A stretch of 56,747 bases of DNA from Anaerolineales bacterium (GTDB lineage: Bacteria > Chloroflexota > Anaerolineae > Anaerolineales > Villigracilaceae). The stretch's first letter is position 1. Every line of letters begins with the position of its first letter. The notes below the pieces were generated by a model. That model did no database searches. It was not told where the DNA came from and saw only the letters and a program-made list of their open reading frames with translations. The DNA is taken from assembly GCA_022865905.1 (NCBI GenBank), contig JALHUM010000040.1, positions 1 to 56,747 on the forward strand, given 5' to 3'. Both the position numbers and the translations under genes were made by a program. Shown here one piece after another: positions 51,596-56,747 of this stretch.

Positions 51596-52740
51596 CAACT
51601 CGCTTTCCTGGCCGGTTGGGAGTCCAGCAGCGCGTCCTGCCGCTCTACCGCGTCCCCTTCTTCGACGCCCTGGCTGCTGTCTGCGACGGCGGCCTGAGTC
51701 TCTTTGCTGGTACGCCGCGCCCCGACGAAGCCATCGCAACCTCCGACCAATTACGTTTCACGCATTATGGTAGCCTGAAACCGGGCTACCATTACGTTTT
51801 GGCGCGCAACCTCCATCTCTTGCGCGGCCCCCTTTCTCTTTGCTACCAACGCGGCCTGCTCGACTGGCTGGACGACTGGCAACCGGACGCGCTCATCGTG
51901 GAAGCCAATCCGCGCTATCTTTCGACTCCGGCGGCCTTGAACTGGGCGAAGCGGATGAACATCCCTGTGATTGGCTGGGGGCTGGGCGCGCCGCCGCTTT
52001 CGGGACCCGTATCCGCTGCGCGCCAGAATGGGCGTTTGCGCTTCCTGAGTCGCTTCGACGCCCTCGTCACCTACAGCCGACGCGGTGCGGACGAGTACGA
52101 CTCCCTCGGCTTCCCCCCCGACAGGATTTTCGTTGCCCCGAATGCCTCCGTCCCGCGTCCCTCTGTGCCCCCGCCCCCGCGCCCTCCTGCCTTTGACGGA
52201 AGACCTACCGTGGTATTCGTCGGTCGCCTCCAGGCCCGCAAGCGCGTAGACGATCTGTTGCGCTCCTGCGCCTCGTTGCCTGAAATGATGCAGCCGCGCC
52301 TGGTCATCGTCGGCGAGGGGCCGGAGCGCGAAAAATTGGAGAGCCTGGCAAAGATAGTTTACCTGCGCGCTGAATTCGTCGGCCCGAAATTCAAGGATGA
52401 ACTTGCTCCTTACTTTTCCGCCGCGGACCTGTTCGTCCTGCCCGGCACGGGCGGACTGGCAGTGCAGGAGGCCATGTACTACGGCCTGCCGGTCGTCATG
52501 GGCCAGGGCGATGGCACCAATGACGATCTCGTCCGTCCCGCCAACGGCTGGCAGATTTCATCGGACGATCCCGGCGCGCTGAAAGATGCACTCCGCGCGG
52601 CACTCTCCGACGCTCCACGCTTGAGGGCAATGGGCGCCGAATCCTACCGCATCGTGGCGGAGGAGATCAACTTGGAGAAGATGGTGGAAGTGTTTGTGGA
52701 TGTTCTGGCGTTCTGCTCTGGCGTAGTTCGCCGCGCGTGA
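51577..52740 (+). CDS. GT4-family (GT-B fold) glycosyltransferase
   Basis: ..VVFVGRLQARKRVDDLL.., ..LFVLPGTGGLAVQEAMYYGLPVV... It overlaps the previous gene by 19 nt and contains an in-frame repeat at 51751..51800. Confidence 0.8.
   Translation: MEMDRVTTRFPGRLGVQQRVLPLYRVPFFDALAAVCDGGLSLFAGTPRPDEAIATSDQLRFTHYGSLKPGYHYVLARNLHLLRGPLSLCYQRGLLDWLDDWQPDALIVEANPRYLSTPAALNWAKRMNIPVIGWGLGAPPLSGPVSAARQNGRLRFLSRFDALVTYSRRGADEYDSLGFPPDRIFVAPNASVPRPSVPPPPRPPAFDGRPTVVFVGRLQARKRVDDLLRSCASLPEMMQPRLVIVGEGPEREKLESLAKIVYLRAEFVGPKFKDELAPYFSAADLFVLPGTGGLAVQEAMYYGLPVVMGQGDGTNDDLVRPANGWQISSDDPGALKDALRAALSDAPRLRAMGAESYRIVAEEINLEKMVEVFVDVLAFCSGVVRRA
51751..51800. repeat. TTACGTTTCACGC / ATGGTAGCC..GGCTACCAT palindromic element inside a coding sequence
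   Basis: TTACGTTTCACGCATTATGGTAGCCTGAAACCGGGCTACCATTACGTTTT. It is translated as ..LRFTHYGSLKPGYHYVL... The other copy is intergenic at 6474..6550. Confidence 0.6.
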
Positions 52741-53572
52741 GCAGGAGGACCGCAGCCAGGATCAACCCGCCGCCCAGCAGGGTGACGGGCGGGAGAGCCT
52801 CGCCGAAGAGCAACGCGGCCAGCAATACCGTGACGACCGGCTCGAGGGTGGAAAGCATCGAGGCGTCCGTTGGTCCAATGCGTTTGAGTCCCGCCAGGAA
52901 GGTTGCGACCGGAATGACCGTGGCGATGAGAGTCACGGCAGCGAGGGCCAGCCAGCCCGCGCTCGTGACCGGCCAGTGTGGGCCGTTGATGGCTGTCAGC
53001 GCGCCGTAGACGATTCCTGCCGCCGCAAAAATGACCGTGGAAGATTGCACGGCAGAGACCTGCTGCATCACGCCCGTCCCGACGATGATATAGACCGAGT
53101 AAATCGCCGCAGCGGACAGCGCCAGCAGGATGCCTGTCCACTGGCCACCCTGCGGATTTGCGGTCAGGGCCGCGCCGAGGGTAGCCAGTCCGAGGGCGAT
53201 GATCTTGACGCGGTTGATTTTCTCTTTGAGGAAGATGGTGGATAGGACGGCGACGATAGTCGGGTAGAGATAGAGGAGCAGGGCCACCAATCCCGCTGAG
53301 GCGTATTTGATGGCGGTCAGGTAGGAGAAGGATTGTCCGACGTAGCCGAGCGCCCCCATCCCGACCAGGCGGCCGAACGTCCCGCCACGCGGGAGGGATT
53401 CGCGGCGGAATATAAGCAATACCGCCATCAGAAGGGCGGAGAAGGTGAAACGAAGAAAGAGCAGGGTGAAGATATCCAACCCAGCGGCGTAGGCGTAGCG
53501 GCCAAAGATGGCCAGCGTCCCAAACGAGGCAGCGGAGATGACGATGAGGATGACGCCAATGATGCGATTCAT
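52667..53572 (-). CDS. EamA/DMT-superfamily transporter
   Basis: 301 aa with 10 TM helices in two EamA halves. The Arg/Pro-rich ORF 52644..53588 is the wrong frame. Its 3' end overlaps the convergent GT4 gene by 74 nt. Confidence 0.8.
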   Translation of the reverse strand: MNRIIGVILIVISAASFGTLAIFGRYAYAAGLDIFTLLFLRFTFSALLMAVLLIFRRESLPRGGTFGRLVGMGALGYVGQSFSYLTAIKYASAGLVALLLYLYPTIVAVLSTIFLKEKINRVKIIALGLATLGAALTANPQGGQWTGILLALSAAAIYSVYIIVGTGVMQQVSAVQSSTVIFAAAGIVYGALTAINGPHWPVTSAGWLALAAVTLIATVIPVATFLAGLKRIGPTDASMLSTLEPVVTVLLAALLFGEALPPVTLLGGGLILAAVLLLTRGELRQSRTPEHPQTLPPSSPS

Positions 53573-53584
53573 ACGCCGATTGTA

Positions 53585-53914
53585 TCAATCCACAATAAAC
53601 AGTTTTGCTCCCATTTCTGTGTGGGAACGGTGCGGGGCAACGTCATCGGCGACTTCATAACTTGTCCCTGGGGTGAGTGTGAACACCCTGCCGTCTTTGA
53701 GTTCGGTGACCAGTTCTCCTTCCAGAACGAGGAGAACGTGCCCGCGATTGCACCAGTGATCGGCCAAATACCCTGGCGAGTATTCGACCATGCGGACGCG
53801 GATATTCCCAATTTCCAGCGTCCGCCAAAGCGCCATCCCTGTCTTGCCGGGGTGCTCGCTGGGCTTGATCTGGCTCCAATCGGTAAAGCAGAAGGGGACA
53901 TCTTGGATTTTCAT
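53585..53914 (-). CDS. DHCW-motif cupin-fold protein
   Basis: 109 aa. ..GYLADHWCNRGHVLLVLEGEL.. has the cupin beta-barrel pattern with the ADHWC motif. Confidence 0.7.
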   Translation of the reverse strand: MKIQDVPFCFTDWSQIKPSEHPGKTGMALWRTLEIGNIRVRMVEYSPGYLADHWCNRGHVLLVLEGELVTELKDGRVFTLTPGTSYEVADDVAPHRSHTEMGAKLFIVD

Positions 53915-53947
53915 ACTCGCCTCTGTTATCTACGAAGTCACACGTAG

Positions 53948-53990
53948 GGAAAAGAGAGACACCCGGTGTCTTCAAGACAACGGGTGTCTG
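53948..53990 (-). terminator. rho-independent terminator of sdhB
   Basis: On the minus strand, the stem AGACACCCG / CGGGTGTCT (9 bp) is followed by CTCTTTTCCC. It lies 11 nt after the sdhB stop. Confidence 0.6.
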
Positions 53991-54000
53991 CCGCCGCAGG

Positions 54001-54702
54001 TTACTTCAAACTACCCGTCGCAATGGACGCTTTGACCTCGCCGATGGCCTTGGTGATCTGGATTTCGCGCGGGCAGGCCAGGGTGCAGTTGAAGATGGTG
54101 TGGCAGCGGTAGACGCCGAACACGTCGTTCAGGATTTTCAGGCGCTCGGCTGCGGCGCGGTCGCGGCTGTCGAAGATGAAGCGATGCGCCGCGACGATAG
54201 CCGCCGGGCCGAGGTACTGGTCGTTGGCCCAGAAGGATGGGCAGGGGGTGGTGCAGCAGGCGCACAGGATGCACTTGGTGGTGTCGTCGAAGCGCTCGCG
54301 GTCTTCGGGACTCTGGTAGCGTTCCTGCGCCGGTTCGGGTTCGTCGTTGATGAACCAGGGCTTGACAGAGCGGTAATTCTCGAAGAACGGCTCCATGTCC
54401 ACGATCAGGTCTTTGATGACGCGCAGGCCGAGGATGGGTTCGACGGTGATCCGTGTGCCGACATCGCGCACCAGGGTCTTGCACGCCAGGCGGTTGAAGC
54501 CGTTGATGCGCATCGCATCCGAGCCGCAGATGCCGTGTGCGCACGAGCGGCGGAAGGAGAGGGTCCCATCCTGGTAGCCTTTGACCTTTTCGAGCAGGTC
54601 GAGCACGCGGTCGGTCTCGATGGCCTCTAGATTGTATGTGGCGTGATGCGGCTTCTTGTCCTTTTCAGGGTTGTAGCGGAAGATTTTTATAGTTACCTGC
54701 AT
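54001..54702 (-). CDS. sdhB: succinate dehydrogenase / fumarate reductase iron-sulfur subunit
   Basis: 2Fe-2S ligands in ..RRSCAHGICGSDAMRING..C.., 4Fe-4S in CILCACCTTPCP, 3Fe-4S in CHTIFNCTLACP. Confidence 0.95.
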   Translation of the reverse strand: MQVTIKIFRYNPEKDKKPHHATYNLEAIETDRVLDLLEKVKGYQDGTLSFRRSCAHGICGSDAMRINGFNRLACKTLVRDVGTRITVEPILGLRVIKDLIVDMEPFFENYRSVKPWFINDEPEPAQERYQSPEDRERFDDTTKCILCACCTTPCPSFWANDQYLGPAAIVAAHRFIFDSRDRAAAERLKILNDVFGVYRCHTIFNCTLACPREIQITKAIGEVKASIATGSLK

Positions 54703-54722
54703 GGCAGCCTTCCTCTCGTTTC

Positions 54723-54757
54723 CAGACCCTAAAGGTTTTCAAAACCTTTAGGGTCTG
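54723..54757. repeat. perfect 17-bp palindrome (CAGACCCTAAAGGTTTT-C-AAAACCTTTAGGGTCTG)
   Basis: Read directly. It lies in the sdhA-sdhB spacer. Confidence 0.75.
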
Positions 54758-54763
54758 CGTTGT

Positions 54764-54844
54764 TTAGTAAGTTCTCACCTTCGGCTCGTATTTGGTGATG
54801 ACGACCGGCTTATACTTCAGGTCAATCCTGCCGTTCCCGCGCGC
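54764..54844 (-). pseudogene. sdhA: displaced 3' end of the sdhA-family flavoprotein gene (last 26 or so codons)
   Basis: ..[26 protein letters not shown]-stop matches the canonical SdhA/FrdA C-terminus (..Y.PV......PK.R.Y). It is separated from the rest of the gene by the IS. Confidence 0.7.
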
Positions 54845-56118
54845 CCAGGCCAGGTAAGACTTTGAGCAGATAGTCTTGGCTCCAGCCTGCCAAAAGCCGT
54901 TTGCCTTTGATGCCTCGCGTGCAGGTTTTCTCCTGTTTGAGCAGGTTGAGGGCGAGATGTCGCAAGATTGCGAAGTTCTCAGCGCCATGATCTTTGCGCA
55001 CCCGGCAGCGGTCTTCGTCGAAGGCGGTGTCTAGGATCCAATGCAAGCCGTTCTCGATACCCTAGTGCGACCGCACGGCCCACAGCACCCGTTTGGCACC
55101 CGTGATGCTGGCGATGTGATAGCGGTCTTCGACCGATTTTTCTTCACCAACCCATCGCTGGGAGCGAATTCTGGAAACCGTGACCAGTTTCTTCCAGTTG
55201 CTGGCACCTCGCAAATGGCGCAGGACTTCTGGGTCTGAAATCGTCCAGCATTCTCGGATTTCGATGCGGCCATGGTTTTTGTCGACGGTCTTGGCGTAGT
55301 CGTAATCGTAGGCCTTGTAGCTGCTGTGTTCCAGATCATCAAACAGCAGCGTGACATCCTCACACAAATGGCCCTGATTGTCCTTGAGGGCCAGAACATA
55401 ATCGCCATCTTTGTCTACGATTTGTTCAGCGATCTCGGTCTGGCAACCCATTGCATCTATCGTGACAAGGCAGCCAGCGATCTCGAGTACCCACAGCAAC
55501 TCAGGAATGGCAGTGATTTCGTGTAACTACTCAGCCGGGGTGTCATTCTGAGCCGCTGGCGTTCTTCCAGCGGTGAAGAATCTCCCGCAATGCAGTTGGA
55601 GACCCTTCGCTCGCAAAGAACGCTCGCTCAGGGTGACATGCCTGAGTAGTTACGATTTCGTTGGACTTATCGTCCACTTTGACTTGCCCAAGCACCAGAC
55701 TGTTGGCTGAAGCCCAAGCACTTACCATGTCAATCGCCGCTTTGCCAATGCCTTTGTCATGCGAGCGTCGCAATACCTTGCCATCCATCGCAATCACCTG
55801 ACCTGATAGTGTACCGCTCACCGCCGTTGTCCAACCCAGGAAACACGTCTCGAACTGCTGCGGGTCTAAACGAGCAAACAAACGCCCAAACGTGTCATGC
55901 GATGGAATGCCGTTAGGAAGCTCCAAGATGGTCTTGAACCATTTCAGTTTGGCATTCCCGAAGTCTTCAACGTCTTCCCAACTGTCTGCGCTACAGATGA
56001 TCGCACAGATAGCAATGACCAGAATGTCCAACAACTTGTGCAGCTTCGTCCGGTCAAGTCGCGGATCTCGCAGGTCAGCAAAGTAATATCCGATGGATGC
56101 CGATACATTGGTCGCCAT
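54822..56118 (-). pseudogene. ISAs1-family (H-repeat-associated) DDE transposase, inactivated by a MITE insertion and an in-frame TAG
   Basis: Fragment 1: MATNVSASIGYYFADLRDPR..GIPSHDTFGRLF..KSNEI. The MITE follows. Fragment 2: TAIPELLWVLEIAGCLVTIDAMGCQ..AVRSH, then TAG at 55062..55064 where family members have W (HWGIEN), then [29 protein letters not shown]. All fragments are in one frame once the MITE is removed. Confidence 0.85.
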
Positions 56119-56205
56119 TTCGCTCTCCTCGTACAGGATTTTCTGCCGAGGATAAGCAGTCACCGCCAAATTGTCTAGACGTAAGATGCGTTTACCCTAC
56201 ATTCA
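54846..56205 (-). mobile_element. ISAs1-family insertion sequence (ends approximate) inserted in the 3' end of sdhA
   Basis: It is bounded by sdhA-derived coding sequence on both sides (..LLPSYAR at 56212 and above; ARGNGRIDL.. at 54844 and below). Imperfect direct repeats TTCC(C)G(C/T)GCG occur at both junctions. Terminal IRs could not be resolved by eye. Confidence 0.7.
55523..55653. mobile_element. MITE (131 bp) with 12-bp perfect TIR GTAACTACTCAG and 8-bp TSD GATTTCGT, nested in the IS transposase gene
   Basis: The TIRs are at 55523..55534 and 55642..55653. The direct repeat GATTTCGT is at 55515..55522 and 55654..55661. Removing the element plus one repeat restores ..KSNEITAIPELL... Confidence 0.9.
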
Positions 56206-56747
56206 CTCCTTCCGTGCGTAACTCGGCAACAAAATCGGTGACTTCACCGCCTCGTCAATCTCAGCCTCGTCCAGCTCCTTGTTCCAGGCGACCAGATGTT
56301 GCAGCGTCGGCTTGCCCGGCGTAACGCCCTGAGTCACGTAGGCCGCCGCCGTGCGCCCGGCGCGCCGCCCGAAGACGCACACGTCCAGCAGGCTGTTGCC
56401 CATCAGCCGGTTGCGCCCGTGCACGCCGCCGCTGACCTCCCCGCCGATGAACAGGCCGGGAATCTTCGTGCGGCAGTCGGCGTCAATGCGGATGCCGCCG
56501 TGCTGGTAATGCAGGGTGGGATAGACCAGCATAGGCAGCTTGGCGATGTCAATGTCAAAGCGCTTGAACTGCCGCACCATGGCGGGCAGCGCCTTCTGGA
56601 TAGTGCCTGGCCCGTGGATCATCTCGATCAACGGGGAATCCAGCCAGACCGCCGGCTGCCCGGTGGGGGTGGGGATGCCCAGCTTGCGCTCTTTACATTC
56701 CCGGATGAAGGCGGCCGCCTCCACGTCACGCGGCTCCAGGGGGTAAA
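56203..56747 (-). CDS. sdhA: SdhA/FrdA-family FAD flavoprotein, interrupted near its 3' end by the IS; N-terminus beyond right edge
   Basis: ..YPLEPRDVEAAAFIREC..VYPTLHYQHGGIRID..GLFIGGEVSGGVHGRNRLMGNSLLDVCVFGRRAG... The frame is open to the window edge. It ends ..LLPSYARKE-stop, the last 2 codons and the stop being read from the IS end. Confidence 0.8.
   Translation of the reverse strand, partial: YPLEPRDVEAAAFIRECKERKLGIPTPTGQPAVWLDSPLIEMIHGPGTIQKALPAMVRQFKRFDIDIAKLPMLVYPTLHYQHGGIRIDADCRTKIPGLFIGGEVSGGVHGRNRLMGNSLLDVCVFGRRAGRTAAAYVTQGVTPGKPTLQHLVAWNKELDEAEIDEAVKSPILLPSYARKE

Noticed and set aside
52644-53588. Alternative 314-aa ORF on the same strand as the EamA gene. Similar alternative frames lie at 3327..4130 over the other EamA gene and 54011..54544 over sdhB.
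   Set aside because: These are Arg/Pro/Gly-rich, non-hydrophobic translations. The competing frames give textbook transporter and Fe-S subunit sequences.
54846-56205. Terminal inverted repeats and an exact target-site duplication for the ISAs1 element
   Set aside because: Comparing both ends gave only a short GGTAA match and an imperfect 9-10-bp direct repeat. The ends are therefore reported as approximate, not as resolved IRs.
1-56747. tRNA, rRNA, tmRNA, RNase P, reverse transcriptase/retron, toxin-antitoxin or known defence-system genes
   Set aside because: I scanned all intergenic gaps over 60 nt and all ORFs. The gaps are accounted for by repeats, hairpins and promoters, and no ORF shows nuclease/ATPase/RT combinations typical of defence islands.

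Overview
GC-rich (about 60%) bacterial chromosomal window. Gene content and the short-repeat families look Chloroflexota (Anaerolineae-like), but that placement is inference only. I call about 58 protein-coding genes, mostly housekeeping. On the minus strand, xpt, a HIT-like gene, guaA, a membrane protein and an FHA protein form a string. Next come maf, a PBP2, rsgA and holB on the plus strand. Two stacked Opp/Dpp-type ABC cassettes follow, then a radical SAM gene and mobA. A replisome operon encodes a bifunctional nuclease, dnaB, a DnaD-domain protein and a doubled DnaC-like loader. Further right are a LOG-family gene, a DnaJ-like/HtrA/aeRF1-like trio, an envelope-glycan cluster (two GT4, FkbM, two polytopic membrane proteins), and an sdhA/sdhB pair. 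I saw no rRNA, tRNA, CRISPR array, reverse transcriptase or recognisable defence operon. The unusual content is structural. (1) One family-5 solute-binding protein appears circularly permuted. (2) A chimeric scar fuses diverged 3' ends of a second radical SAM gene and a second holB, showing the two ABC cassettes were stacked between duplicated conserved flanks. OppF and GH31 remnants lie nearby. (3) A MITE family has 12-bp TIRs and 8-bp target-site duplications; one copy sits inside an ISAs1 transposase gene, which itself sits in the 3' end of sdhA. (4) At least eight families of short palindromic or heptameric repeats are present, several lying in frame inside coding sequences (guaA, two glycosyltransferases, C-terminal tails). 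(5) guaA carries an in-frame TAG. (6) The DnaC/DnaI-like loader is a tandem fusion of two AAA+ modules. (7) A bacterial aeRF1-like protein is clustered with a J-protein and an HtrA protease. (8) A thiolase-fold protein that seems to lack the nucleophilic Cys is paired with a DUF35-like protein. All family calls come from motif recognition by eye. Start codons were chosen from SD or overlap context and may be off by a few codons.
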